Origin: Azolla caroliniana
Taxonomy: Eukaryota; Plantae; Polypodiophyta
NCBI GenBank assembly: GCA_043228905.1
Contig: JBHGNT010000012.1
Span: forward strand, 2,542,001-2,606,000
Reading direction: 5' to 3'
Length of the DNA stretch: 64,000 nt
Shown here: positions 36,201 through 50,714 of the stretch, piece by piece
Numbering within the stretch: the first letter of the stretch is position 1
How the letters are laid out: every line of letters begins with the position of its first letter
Made by a program: the position numbers and the translations under genes
The notes under the pieces: generated by a model
Database searches by the model: none
The model's input: the letters and a program-made list of their open reading frames with translations, nothing else
Told to the model about the DNA's origin: nothing

Positions 36201-36563
36201 TGTGCCATGTATGCTCTTCACTCCAATTTGTCCACACTCTCTCTCATTTCGTCCCGTTATACTCCCCGACTCTGCATTGTTAGAACTGAAGGTAAAAAGA
36301 TCAGTTCAAGTTAATTGTAAGTATACAAAGTTGCATTTGATACATGTGTCATGTCACAGGTTCCAGAAGATGCACGCAGTAATGCATGGGTTTCCTTTGA
36401 TGGCAAGAGAAGGCAACAACTTTCTCGTGGCGACTCTGTTCGCATTTGCATGAGTCAGCACCCTCTCCCAACCATAAACAAGTCTGATCAGACTGATGAC
36501 TGGTTCAGAAGTCTTGTCAGATGCCTGAACTGGAATGAAAGGCTGGAGCAGAAGGCTTTGTAA
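30299..36563 (+). CDS. NADK2: Chloroplast-type NAD kinase 2. Exons approx. 30299-30871, 32183/32210-34006, 35258-35378, 35466-35607, 35752-35976, 36041-36115, 36191-36291, 36360-36563
   Basis: [19 protein letters not shown]-terminal domain; PTP-like domain ([23 protein letters not shown]); [31 protein letters not shown]; kinase motifs [25 protein letters not shown]; ends [13 protein letters not shown]; GT-AG junctions; exact start uncertain. Confidence 0.93.
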
Positions 36564-37253
36564 TTTTTTCAATGAAGGTTGGTGTCTTTTTGGAATTGTA
36601 CATATAAATATTGAGAGGTTGTTATGGCAAGGTCTAAGTAATTTGATTGGTCTACTCTCTTTCAGTTGAATATATTAACTCTTGTACAATTATGTGTATA
36701 TGGATCCCTATACACTGTATAAAATGAATAGAGATGCTCATTAATGGTCATCATATTCCTTCAATGAAAATAAACAATTTGAAACAATGACTTGATTAAT
36801 TTTGTTTGGTTATATAAATGGCAATCCTAGAGACAACATAAGAAGGCTCTACATATTATATCCCTGTAGTGAACATGTAGTATATTCCTTTTCAGTTTCT
36901 TCAATAGTATATAATGATGTGCATTGTATACAACAGCAGATTTGGAATTTCCCTTCACTGGTAGGCATTGCTCTAGTGAACATGTAGTATAATCCTTTTC
37001 AGTTTCTTCATTACATAACAAAATTTAGGTATCGCCTTTGACAGCCATATTTTATATGGCAAATCCTTTGGGGGGGATTTTCTATCCCTAGTTTCATGAA
37101 AGATCAAATTCCTAGTTTCTTGCTAAGTCTATTTTCTAGATCAAATTGCATATATCACCTACCTAAATGGGGAACCTTCCCGTAATAAAAGAATTAGCTT
37201 TCTATCATCATTACATACACGAATGGACCAGATGAAGTGATAAAAATATGACA

Positions 37254-40200
37254 TCAGCCCCTCTTGCCACCAGCTAAGATACGAGAGATTTGAAGACCCC
37301 TGCTGAATGCTTGGTTGAACAAGAGTCGTGATTGAAACTCAGACACAAACGGAAACCAAGCTAACACTGCAATTGGGGTGAATAACACAAGGCCCATCAT
37401 GTATTCATACCCTAGTGCAAGTGCCTTCACTGAATCCCATAGCCCTATTGCAACCACTGTTGGTTTGCATGCCTGTGCAACCTGTGCCAATTGGGAAAGA
37501 AGAAAACAAGAGCTTACATGGAAAGAACAATGTGATTATGCAAAAGGTAACCTGTGATTATGCAAAAGATACCTGTAAAATTGCCCAGCCTGTCGGAAAA
37601 AAAGCTAGCATGGAGATGAAGAGGTCACTTGATGTAAAGGTAAAAACAAAGAAGAGTGCTGCAAGTATGGAGACTACAACAAGAAAGAGTGCAGCCTTCA
37701 TCAGTCTAAACAGGAGCTGAAAGTCTGGGCCAAACCGTTGTCTTCCCATTGAGACAACCTGGCATCCAATTTAATCAAGAAATAAATCAGTCTCTTATAC
37801 TTAAATCATAAAACCATAAATAAACATTTTCATTCTTCTGAAATTAAGAGGAACCTCGTAAGAGTCTCCTACGCTTGGTGAACTCTCCAACTAAAAACTT
37901 GAAGAATTTTGCCAAATTGGTTATGTAGTTATTAAAATATAAATCATACCTTCAATAAGGCCATCATTGCTGCAATCACTAGCCATGACATGCCATACAC
38001 CTGCAACCACATAGGCAGTAGAAATGAGAAACAAGGATGCTTTAGAAAAGAAGACACAGTTTAGTTGTGAAGTCCCTTGCCTGTATCTGTTTGTTTCCAT
38101 TCACGATGTTAAGTTGGTAGATAAGGCCATATTGGTACAAAAAGAACCTCAGTGAAAGAATAACTTCCAAAAATCGGCCCAAAAAGCCTGTGTATTTGAG
38201 ATGTTCTTGCTCTTCATTCCACCATGATTCCCAGCTCTTGGTTGAGGGTACACCAATGCCCCCACGACTATTCATCCATTGGTTCCAGTCATCCCAATCC
38301 TCCACAATCTTCTGCCAATCAAATCCAGAGGGATTGAACAAGAAGGGGCCAAATAACCAGGATGCCACAAGAAACCACATTGAGCATGTGACTAAGATAT
38401 ATGGCACTAAGCCTTTGTTTGACTTTCCATATATACTATAGACCAGAAGAAGTATAGTAAGTTCCATTCCTTTGGTAAAGTGGCTTCTCGAGTACAAACG
38501 GTAATTTTCAGCAAACCTTTCATGCCTCACGACAAATCCACGTCCTGTTGCTCTATATTTTGCACCTCCATGTAGTATAGTCCTCCCAAAGTAATGAGTT
38601 TTTGTGCCCAATGAGAATGTGAAAAATACAGATGCAAGCTGCAATTGCATTATTATAAAATCACTCACAGCCTTCCAGAATCCTCTCTCCAGGCCTATTT
38701 CCATAACCATGGGTAGTGCCATCAATACACCAAGCTGCACAAGGGATTGAGATGCCAATGCCGCTTCCAGAGGAACATTCTTCTTTAATTCAGCTTCAGC
38801 CACAAGAGAAGCTTCTAAGCCACTTAAAGCCAGATAAAGACGACCATATAAGAATGCATATACCGTAAGCACAACCATCTGCAAAATGAAGACAAGCAAT
38901 GATTAGGTAAGATTCACATATTGTATTAGGTATCCAACCAATGATAAAATGGACATATAAGAATGCATATCCTGCAAGACAACCATCCATAAAATGAAGA
39001 CAAGCAATGATTACAAAAGTTTCATATATTATACTAGATCTCCCACTTCTGATACTATGGCATCCACAGGGTTCATGACTAAATGAGAAGAAACTGTTAT
39101 TAAAATTAAAATCGAACATAGCAGAACTTGGTACCAAGTGACATACCATTGAACTAAAATAAAAGCCTACTGTTGTAAAATAGCATGATAACATCCGGAA
39201 AAAATCAAACCGATGCCCAAGACGATATATGTCTCTGCTTAATGATTGCTCTCCATTTCCATTGGCAACCTTGGCTTCGAACATTGATATCTGGTTCAAA
39301 CCCACATCCCGCCCCTTGCCAACTTGAATATATTCATGATGTGTTATATTGCCTTGTCGCAAAGTAGAATTAAATCCTAGTGTATAAAGAAAATAAAATC
39401 AACTGTAAAAAGCATATAAACATATAAGCATATGCAGTTCAAAAGTCAAAATAACAAACCTGCAAATATATCTTCACTCAGGTTGATAACACGTGAAGCT
39501 TTGCTTATACCACCTCGTGTTATATGGAACAACCTATCAAAGACATCTGGATGCCCGTAATGGAAACGAGTCCTGTATAGGCAAGATGTTAAAATTAAAC
39601 AGAATATCATTCAAATATCTCAGAACAGACAACATACAACAGAGCTTACTTTAATGGCTGTGCCAAGACACGTTGTCCAATCGTGACAAAACTTGTTTCT
39701 TGCATGGACATGAACCAAGCTAATGATGAGACACTGTAAAAACAAAGGAACGGCATGCTCCATATAAGGTTTGTTCTGGATGGAGTTGCAACCATCCATA
39801 TCACAGTGACAAGCCTGTCATATTACTAATTTGAAAAGATATACCTCCCAGTAAAAATATGCTCTCTTACACCAAGGATCGTAGGATCCCTGACACCATG
39901 ATCCTCCTTGAATTCTTCTAACAGATTCCGCATCTTGAAGGCTTCCTCTAGATAGTTATCCTGAAATACCTCAATATTCATAAGAAGTCCATCAGTTTAA
40001 ATCAACATATTCAGCAATTTTGCAGTGATAAACATTACTTGATTCATGTCAATAGCCTGCAATCCCTCCCCTCGTGTAAAGATAATCGCATGATTCTGAT
40101 TCTCCGGCTTTCCCTCTCCCAATTTAACTTGACCAGGCAGCTTGATTCGGTATACCTCCTGATTTCATCCAAAACATTAAGTTTTAGTAAAAACACTTAA

Positions 40201-43200
40201 TTATTGATTCTAGTAATCTATATATACTTTCTTTTGTATGGAAAATTCACATCTATGTTAATCTTTAAAACCTTACAAAAACATTTGTTTTCGTAAAGTT
40301 TGTTTTCGAATATGAGTTGCAAACAGAAATCTCTTTTGGATTAAGCAAATCAATCGGATTGTAAAACATACAGACAGAAATATGTTTGTTGTCTCTACTT
40401 TTAAGTCAAAGTTACAAATCTGATGCGTGGATGAATGTTTGACCAATTTTAAGCAGTCTTCTGTATGGAGAGGAAGAAATACCAAAATCCCAATGCTCCT
40501 GATGAAGATGAGTTAGCAATAATATAATTGGGAATGAAAATGCCCCATCTATTTCATGGTGATCAATTCCTATTAGATCCTAATCCATCCTTGTTGGCTA
40601 ATACATGACAATTTAAATAGCAGCACAGAAGCTACCCAATCCATGATTTGGAGTTAGCTTGAGGTTTAGAGAACAGATAAATAATTTACCTCATCCAATC
40701 CATTTACTGCTTTGATAAGGACTGAGTAATATTCTTTATGCATCTTGTCTTTCTCCCTCACCTCCTTTTCATCTATGTATGCAACTCTTAGAGAAGGGTA
40801 CCTATACATATACAAGGGATCAACCATCCTTGTTCTAGATTGAATACACTGGATGGGACAGGTGGGCTACATACTTCACCATTAGACTCAAAATATCTGC
40901 TGCATGTTGATCTCCAGATCGCTTTTGGGCACCATAATTTTGGCATGAAACCACATACGTAAATTTCATGTCTACTACTGCTTCCAGGGTCGCTTCAAGT
41001 GACCTCTGGCTGCCTTCATAAGCAGAGGTTGCAATGTGTGCTTTGTAACCCTCAGCTATTTCTGCAGAATACATGTGCTGTTTAATGCTAAATTTGGGTT
41101 TAAATTCATGATTTCATGAAAAAGTTATTTGTGGATTAGTACCAGAAGATTAAGAGAAAGCAATAAAGTACTATAAATCAGAGGATGCAATAAAATTACT
41201 GAATGCTGTTTTTAGTATAAAGTTTCATGTTTCTCTAAAACTTCAGATCACCAGGGATCACTGAAGAATACGTATTAGGTATCTTTGGGAGAACAATTTA
41301 GATTCCACTTCAAAAACATATTAGGTATCCGCACAAATATTATTGGTGCTGTTAGAAACAAGTTAGAAATATACATGTATGGATACTAAGAAAAACCAAC
41401 ATAATCTGCTTCACTCGAAGAAAAATTAGGTCAATTGAGCTAAGACAAAAATCAAGAAAAATATAACAATTACCTTTATCTGATGCAATATCAAGAAATG
41501 CTTGAAGTTTTAAAGCCCGCCAATAATACATCATTCCTTTCACTACAATGAATACAAAAACAACCAAGTAAGTCTGGTGTTTGAAACACTTTTTCCATGT
41601 AGAAGAATTTGAATTGCAAGATTTCAATACCTGTTCGGAATAGTGTTTGTCCACGTGTAGATGCCCAATGTCGTAACTCGAGCTCATTTTCCCCAGACCA
41701 ACGATCATTTTCTTTCCTGTTCTCGCCTTCTCTTAAAAGGTCCAAGCGCTCTAAGAAATTTTCCCATTCATCTAGATAGCGGCAAGAATTCAAAATATAA
41801 GAAAGCGAACAGGGACCACTCCGTCCAATAAGCACCTAGGAGACTTATCAAAGTTATATGAAATTACCTGGATAGATCTTTTGTAGATAAAACAAGATGG
41901 ATACACCATCCTCATTATCCTGATTAATTTGGTCAATAGTATATACTGCATCCTCGCTATAATATGGAGTCAACACACTATGCATCAAAGGAATTAACAG
42001 AACTTAATAAGATCAGCCATAAACCCAAACATAATAAAATTTCATAAAATAATTTAACTAAAAAAAGTGTTACTTTCAATTGTGATACCATAAATTTAAT
42101 GAAATGTGATGTGGCAAAGGCAATACTTTTCTTTCTTGGTGTCCATTCTGTAAAGAGTCTAATGGAAAGCTACACGTACATACATTTAAGGTATAATTCA
42201 CTACTTATTTCTTGTATAAATATTACAACCTTGAATTATAATTGTCAGGGCTATTTTTTCTAGCAATGACATAAATTCAAAATGCATGTCTTCTTTTGAA
42301 AGCAAAAGAACAAAGGATTCATTCTATAAAATTACGGGTCCTAACCCTTATCAAAATTCATTATTATACCTAAATGATAGCATGTCACACACTGGTGGAG
42401 CTCTTGGCATTCCCATAAATAAAGAGTTTGTAAAGAACGCAATGCGTCTCCGTGCCTCCAAGTTTGACGGTACATCCATGGCCGATTCCTTGACAGTGAG
42501 CAGCAAATACAGCCTCTTAATCTGGAAAGCAAATACCTTTGATTAGGCTTCTGAGATTTACAGCCTTTCAAAACAACTTGCAAAAACAAGACCCATATAT
42601 CCTTGATTTATTTTTTTTAAATAAATAAATCAAAGATATATGGGTCTTTTTTAAGCTGCTATTAACTGAGAAAAGCAAAGAGTAAAAATTGTACTATAAA
42701 ATACAAGATAAACAAATAATTACAGTCACATAACCACTGAATGCACATACTTGCTCTTTCCAGGCAAGAGAATCAGGTAGAGAATGATGTATTGCCGGTG
42801 GAACAGTGCTCGCAAAGAGTTGTTTTTTCTCTGATTGATCTTTGCCTTGGACATTCAACTCATGGTCAAAGCTGATTCACACAAAGAATTAGGTAAAATG
42901 TATTGAGAAACAGCTGGAAAAATGCTTTGCACAAGATTTAGTAAGAGAAGGAAAAAGTTACCTTCCCTCCATAATGTCTTGTGTAGTCACTTCAAGCATA
43001 TCCTGAAGTAAAAGAACTAAAGCACTATGATTTGAATCGTCGGAGCTTTCTTGCTGCTGCAAACCATGATGCATTATACCACCATTATCAGTAAACAACA
43101 CATTCCAAAATGAAACTAACTCGCATATGTTCCTCAAGCGAGTTATAGCTAGCTTACCAAAGTTAAGATGAGATCGACAAACTTCTGGTAAAGAAGAGGA

Positions 43201-46200
43201 AGCTTTTTTATCTTGAAAGTGTCAAGAAATTTTCTATTTTCAATAGAGGTCTTCACTTTATTTAAAAGGATCTTCAAGATTCTGAACAAATAACATGCAA
43301 AGAATATATGTTTCGAATATTTGAACATCTATTTGTAATAACAAACTCATTATAAAGTAAACAAACAACAAATTAAAGATCGTCCAAAATGTCAAAGAAG
43401 TTTCAACCATTTCAGACACTTCTTTAATTGATCGTCCAAAATGTCAAAGAAGCTTCAACCATGTGAGACACTTATTTAATTTACCTCTTTTCACTCTTTC
43501 CAATGATCAAATAGTTTAGGATGAGTTTGAAAAGCTCGTAACACTCCTCAACCGCAACTTTTCTGTAGAAATCTGCAGAAATACGTTTCCAAAGATCCTG
43601 ATCCTTTCCCTCAAAGTCCGCTGCCATATTCAGTGCTATTGGCAACTGCAGATGAACAGCAGTTTCTGTCAAGATTTGGAAGGAATGGTGGATGAATTCT
43701 ATTGAATATTACAAAATGTCACCTTGCTTGCAAGTAGAAATGGTGGCCATTGCTCAGAGTTTATTTTCAAGTTGGTGTCTGAAGAATAAGACGACGGGAC
43801 AAGCAGTAGATCTAATTCCCTGCGTGTATATACATGCACATTAACATTGAAAATCCAACCCTTTTCAGATTAATAATGTCACTTTTGCGCAAGACCTACT
43901 TGTTGCTAATGATGTCCTCTTCCCTAAAACTAAGGATAAACTCATTCCACAGCTGTGCAAACTTTGCATGCTGGGTCTTTGCATCACAAATCTGTTGCAA
44001 GGATAAAGATAAAATATTTCAACATGGTGTACAAATATTTTCTATGTGGCCACAGATGTAAGTCAACAATTACCATATGTGGCACTAGACGATCATTAAA
44101 AGCCTTTGGCAACGAAGAGAACCTCGAACGCAGCATACCAAGTGTACGAATCTGCATTGTAGATAACATTTGAAATATATACTTCAGAACTCACAAGTAG
44201 GCACATCTTAAAGTTCATGAGATGGAATGGATTAACTTGTGTGGCAAGTGCAACATGTTTGCACATTGACAAATTCCTGGCATACACATCCCCACGTTGT
44301 TGTAAAGTTCATGATCAATGCATCGGAACTACTAGGATTATGAACTTGGAGAGATACAAAGAGCAAGAAAGAAAATAAAATAGATAGATTGAGAGGACTT
44401 GGGAATTAGAAGGAGAGATAGAAAGATAATAGAATTGGAGAAAAAATAGACAGGTAATGTTGAAAAATCAAGAGATTGCGTAAATTATTAATAGCTATAC
44501 ACATACAATATAATATACACACATACATATATACATATAACATATACATATATACATATACACACATACATATATACGTATGCACATATACACACATACA
44601 TATATACATATACACATACATATATACATATATACCTCCATACATATATGTATATACACACATACATCAATAATTAATTAATTCACTAATATAATATACG
44701 TCTCAAAAGCCAATTGTAAAGGTGGGGGGGGGAAGAAAAAGGGGAGTTGGTCAACGGGTTCAAGAAGAGCTAAAAACTCTACTGTTGTAAGTTGTTATTA
44801 CTTTATATTGTACTTATATAGCTATTAATAATTTAAGCAATCTCTTGATTTTCGAATACTACCTATCTATCTTTGAATCTATGCCTGTATGTATACATAT
44901 CGTTTCTTTTGTAATACTTATCTTAATCCGAGGTGACAGCCCACAAAAATGATTGCAAGGACGTAACCAGTGTGCCCCTATCTGTCTTAAGATTGGAAAC
45001 ATTCAAAAATGACTGGGAGGACATGCCTTGTGTATTCTGTGTATGTTTTGAGGCTCATCAAGAATCATGTAGAGATTGCCTAAGTGAAAACCTAAAAATC
45101 CAATGTGTCAGAAATTGCTACTATACGCAGTACGATTGGTTGTGAGATATCCATATTGTCCACATGTGTACACATACACATTTAGACATACATAAATATA
45201 TATAGCATTTCCGTCCAAGGAAAGGCCATGCAGATGATCACATCATTGTTATGATATACACTTTATATTGTGTTACACCATAGCAGAAGAACAGGTTACA
45301 TGAGCTCATATTAAACAATGGCACAAGACAATTCCGATAGCATGGAAAATAATTTCGGACTCCATAAAAACATCTGTTTGTGATTGATTTCTAACCTCAC
45401 CGAGACGGCGAAAGGCACCAGCCACTCCCCCCACAAGTGTGGAAAAAACAGCATACCATATTTGAGTATCCATAAAATAGACCTGCAGAAACAGAGATAT
45501 GGCAATTGTTCAGTAAGTCAAATTCTGTACCTAGATATAAAGTACCAAACCAACATTCCACTTTATATAAACATACCAAAATCACAGGAACCCAAACAGA
45601 GATCAAAGCTCCAACGTTATATTTTGCTGTTAGCATAACAGTTCTCATAGTTATTAGGCATAAAATGATCGTAATTAACAATAATGAAACACAAATTATA
45701 GGATCTTTCAAAAATGCAATTGCCGAAAATATACCGCGGGGGAAAAACTCATGCCACGCATAATGAACAGAAGTCACACCCATAATGTCATGTGTAAGCT
45801 TCATCAACGGTTTAATCTGCCAAAACAGTCTCCCTCAACTCACTAAAATGATGTCCAAGAATGCTAATGGAAGATACAACTGACAAATATAAAAGTCTGG
45901 CACAATAGCAAAAAAAAGAAACCTCCTGACCTGAATGTAATAACTAAAGCTAAATTTGCAGATCAGAAGAGCAATCCAGAATATTGTGTACCTGTCATTC
46001 AAAGATGAATATCAGAAACTTTCAAGCAAAAAAAATACATCCCTTTGAGCATGAGATCGATTACTTGAACAGAGCAACAGCACCCTCCTGCATTCCTCGT
46101 CCAACATACAAACGAGGCTGCATCCACAAAATGTTTAACATTCCATAAATATATTTTCTCGTATATTCACATTGCTGCATTTATTTTTGTAGAATTGATT

Positions 46201-49200
46201 CTGCTTAAATCATTAGTTCTGCTCACATTTATTCGAATCACTCAGACTTAACAAGGAGGCCAGGGACCCTAAACTTTAACTTATTTGAAATGTTCTTACA
46301 TGAAATATGGAACGTTAGAACTCATATATAAATGATGATGAAAGAATCTTCATAAAACAAGAAACTAGGATATTGCACATAATCAATGCTGGAGAGTAGG
46401 TGTAATCTCATCAAAAACCCAGTATACTACCTGGGCCACACTCTGCAGAGACAAAGGCCAGGGTGGACTGGATTGAGTATCAAACACAATGAAATGAAGT
46501 GCCAGAAAACCACTTCATTCATATTATTTCCTTAACTCGTTGTGGGAGAATAAGTTTTTGAGTATAAAAATAACGAAAATGCAGAAAACTTACTTGTGAC
46601 CACCAGAGCAGGAACTGGAATATCTTCCAATTGGACTTTTCAATCATTGTCCTCAGAGAAGGCAGCAAAAACAGAACAGCACCGAGGACATTTGGCAAAA
46701 GATAGATTATAACTACCGTAATATATAACGAGGGAATCTTTCCTGTTTCACGAAGCCAATCTTTGATCACTTTTATAATGCCAGTTGGGTTTTCCCATGA
46801 ATGTACATAGCAGATTGGCAATGCAATAACCCATGCCACAGCTATTACTAGCTTCAATGACAATCTTAGCATATTGCTTAGCTTGAAGGAGTGATAAGCT
46901 TTGAAATTTAACGCAATATCGAGCATCACTGCAAAGTATAAGAGTAATCCAGCTTTCTTCTTAACGATGTTTAAATTTGAGGGCTGAAATAATAATTCAT
47001 CTCAAGATACAATAAACAAGATTAGACCTTGTAGCAAACGAAGTATTGCTGCTGTTATGAATATGCTTAAGACGTTCTCAAATACAGAAAGCTGGAAAAC
47101 TTCAAGAAGAGAACCTGTTTCCGTCTGGGTTAAGATAATCAGTGCCTGCAAAATATCCATTTAATTTGTGGTTTTTCTTTCACAAATTCAATTCAGTGTG
47201 TCTGTTATGATTTCCACAAAAGTACATAAAATGTTGACGTCATTCCCAAAGAAAGATCAAAAGCATAAAGGCCAAAATTATTCACACGTATTCTCTTTCA
47301 CGTTTTTCATGCAAGTATACCTGTAAGGCTAAAATGTAAAAGGTCCACATGCGATCAAAACTTCTGAAAAGATGCCAGAAGCTTCTGACTTCTACAAAAT
47401 TCATTTTTTTGACCTTGTGAGAAGAAACAATGTGGCGATCCTGGAACCTCACATCAAATTTAGATTTTCCCCAATCATAGAGTAATCATTAGAGCAAAGT
47501 AAGATGGACACCAAAGAATGCACCTTAAGAGATGATGAAGGCCGACCTTGGGCCCGAGTCTGGAAAAAGTCTAGTTCACATTTCATAGGCCAATTCAGCT
47601 GAAAACATTCATTTGACCTGCAAGCATTAGGATGGCAAAACGTTAAATCTATTATTTATAAATTTTAAACGATTCCAGAACTAAATGATATCTATGATGG
47701 ACAATATGAAAGACATTACCAGAAAAATTCATTCAAATCATCATAATTCCTCCATGCTGAGTGGGCTGCAGTTCCATTCTTGTTATTGCTAACTTCCTAC
47801 GGGGCAAAAGCAATTCATGGTTTGAAATTCAAATACAATATTCTAAAACAGACTAACTATAATCTTGAATCATTAAGAGGCACCTTCTCCACCACATTGT
47901 ATATTGGTGTTATAACTTTTCTCAAAAATGAATCTTCATCTCCTCCATATGCAGCCATAACATGCTCACCAGTAACAATGCTAGTACTCCCGAGCATCCC
48001 CTTGAGCTCTGATGCCATCTGCATTTTTAAAAAAAATATTCAAAACTTGAAATGCAATCTGAAATTCCCAATAGAGAATATATTGACGGTGTCCTGACTT
48101 TCACACTGCATATAACAAACCAAAATTGAAAAGGAAAAAGGTTATAATGAAGTTTCATAATGGAAGATGTAGCAGAGGCATTCAAATCTGAAGCTCTTCA
48201 ATTAAGAAACAAAACATTATACTGAACTTTCATAACATACGTTATGGAAGATGTAGCAAAGGCATTCCGGCATGAATCTCAGATTCGCAGCTTCTCCCCA
48301 AATTAATAAGTGGAGTGCAATAAAGAGAAGGTTTCGCTGTTGAATTGTTTCATTTGATGCATTTGGGCCAAGTGAAAAACTGCAGTTTACATCGCTCCAC
48401 TCATATAAGGTTGTGTACTGAAACACAAGTTAATACAAAATTCAGAGATTTCCAGCAACTCAAATAACCAGACCTTATATTGCTCTGTCGACGCAAAAAT
48501 TCACACCAATCCATATAGTTCTTGAACAATTTGCTCTTAAGTTTGTCAACTGCACGATTATCTAGCTGACATAGTTCATAAGTAACTAGTTAGAAACTGA
48601 TCCATAGATACCTGCTGTAAATATTTGGTAAACAGCAAGAATTGACTAGAATTCATCAAATACCTTATAGTTGAGAGTAGGTTTGGGACAAAGCCGCACA
48701 TGTATATTGGCAAGCAATAAAATAAGGTGCTCCCTTTGATTGGCTACATTATCTTTCTGCAAGATAAAGGAATCCTGACATTTGAGCAGCAAGTCAAGCA
48801 TTCATGACAAATGTTTGAGGATAAAATATCAATAAGAAAGATTACTTGGAATCCAAACATAGCTTGCAACCAGTCTAATATGTCCAATGTAAGAGCTTTT
48901 GCTGGTTTTTTAGATGATGGCCACAACAATGAATTAATGTTTCTCAGAGCAGCAACAGCGGCACATATCTGGCACATTGAGAAAAAAAATCTTTTACATT
49001 TTAGACCAAAATAGGAAATAGACATAAATCTCGTCTTAGAATCCATTAAGTGTTTTTCTTGCTATTGGCACATTGAAGGAAATAGAAACCAACAGCAAAA
49101 CAGAACGCTAAATATACAAAAATGCTGGCATGCTATAGGAGAAGCATGTGACCATGAGCGAAATAGAGCATCTAAAACATAGGCATATTCCAACACAGAT

Positions 49201-50714
49201 CTACAACTATTATAAAGTCCTTTAAAATATAGAAAAACTAAGAAAGCCTGCAAAGCATGGGCATAAAAACTAAGATACAAAAATCTTGTAGAATCAAATG
49301 TGTTCTCATGTTATTTCAAAGTACCTCCTCCCTATTCATAATTGCCAAAGATGCCCCATCTTTATCAAGAGGAAGAATGTTGTAAGCAGCATATATTTCC
49401 TTCTTTTCCTCAACATCTCTGCTCGCCTCAATGATCTGCACATGGATAGGAGCTGTAAGGTTTGCATGAACAAATTTAGTCTTTATTCTTGGCCTTTCAA
49501 GGACTAAATTACCTCAGGACCAACACCCTCATCGTTGTTCACTGCACAAAGGACCTCGAAAAGTACCCCTGCTATCAGGTATGCTTTAGCCAACTCGGCT
49601 CTGTAAAGAAATTACCATAGCTCAAAGAAATGAATTATAGCAGAATAATCACAAACTCAAAGGAACAAATTACTGCAGAATGCCATGCTAATGACAACGG
49701 TGTGAGCTAATATTATCAGAATTACCTGTCCTTCTGTTCAGCTCCACTCAGGGCCTTCACATAGTTCTCGTAATATGATCGATAAAACTTCCGCATTTCT
49801 TTCGCATCAGTCGGTTCTGATCTCTGGTGGGCTGTCTCTTCACCATCCTGCATGTGGCAACAGTAAACTTGTCTAGTGATTACGTTCCTTGAGCCAGTAA
49901 ACGAGTACATTGTTTATGCTCCTGGTACCAGTAAACTTGTACAGTGATTATGATCCTTCTATGAGTACACTAGTGTGATGATCAGATTTTCTTGTATCGA
50001 TCTGCTAATGTAGTGATTATATTCAATGTTTGAGCGCATGCATATAGATATATATTATTCCCCTTGTACCAGTTAACTAATATAATGATATGTTGTTGCT
50101 TATATGTATTAGTACACCAGTATAGTGATTCTGTTGTACACCCAGGTAGTGATTACATTCCTTGAATACAAACAGATCTTTAACAGTCCAGAGAAATGTC
50201 TCTAAATAATTAATGCAATGGATCACTGTTGATTTGTTCGCAAAACAAGCACTGCTGAGTAAAGTAAGACCCAGAAACATTTAAGCACACTCATGGAACA
50301 TATCACCCTTGATTTATACTCTCAATTTACCTTTTCCAGTCTCTGGATTAACGCAGTCTTAAACTGGCGAACTCCTCTACCTCTTGAGTGAGGATCTAAT
50401 CGTTGTGCTTTTTCAAATGCATGGAATCGACCTGCAGATAACAAGAAATTCAAAAACAAAAAATTAACTTCAGAACATAAATCTTATGAAAAAGATTGGA
50501 TTTGCGTGGTATTGATGAAGGAGCACATACACAAGTAGGCAATCCTTGCATTCTGATCTTCGATCTCTTTTGCCACTCTTAGTATGTTTCCGATCTGTGA
50601 CAATGAAGAAGGGACGACCTCACTGTCTCTGAAGTCAGAGGAGAATTGTCCAGTATTAGTTAGAGAGCGTGAGAAACGTCGTTGCGGTGCACCAGTTGAT
50701 CTTTCAGCCGCCAT
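37254..50714 (-). CDS. Callose synthase (1,3-beta-glucan synthase), multi-intron CalS5/GSL2-like, ~42 exons
   Basis: N-terminal [22 protein letters not shown]; [22 protein letters not shown]; [11 protein letters not shown] region; [31 protein letters not shown]; [11 protein letters not shown]; C-terminal [24 protein letters not shown]; paralogue assignment tentative. Confidence 0.95.
42588..42648. repeat. Intronic hairpin (inverted repeat)
   Basis: AAGACCCATATATCCTTGATTT ... AAATCAAAGATATATGGGTCTT. Confidence 0.8.
43378..43481. repeat. ~52-bp tandem duplication next to a CalS donor site
   Basis: GATCGTCCAAAATGTCAAAGAAG.TTCAACCAT...AGACACTT.TTTAATT twice. Confidence 0.8.
44446..44870. mobile_element. 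Foldback/MITE-like insert in a CalS intron, with ~55-bp inverted arms around a (TACA/TA)n tract
   Basis: ATAGACAGGTAATGTTGAAAAATCAAGAGATTGCGTAAATTATTAATAGCTATA versus its imperfect reverse complement at 44817-44870; no TSD identified. Confidence 0.6.

Noticed and set aside
44406-44673. Tyr/Met/Val-rich ORFs in a CalS intron
   Set aside because: Translations of a (TA/CA) microsatellite
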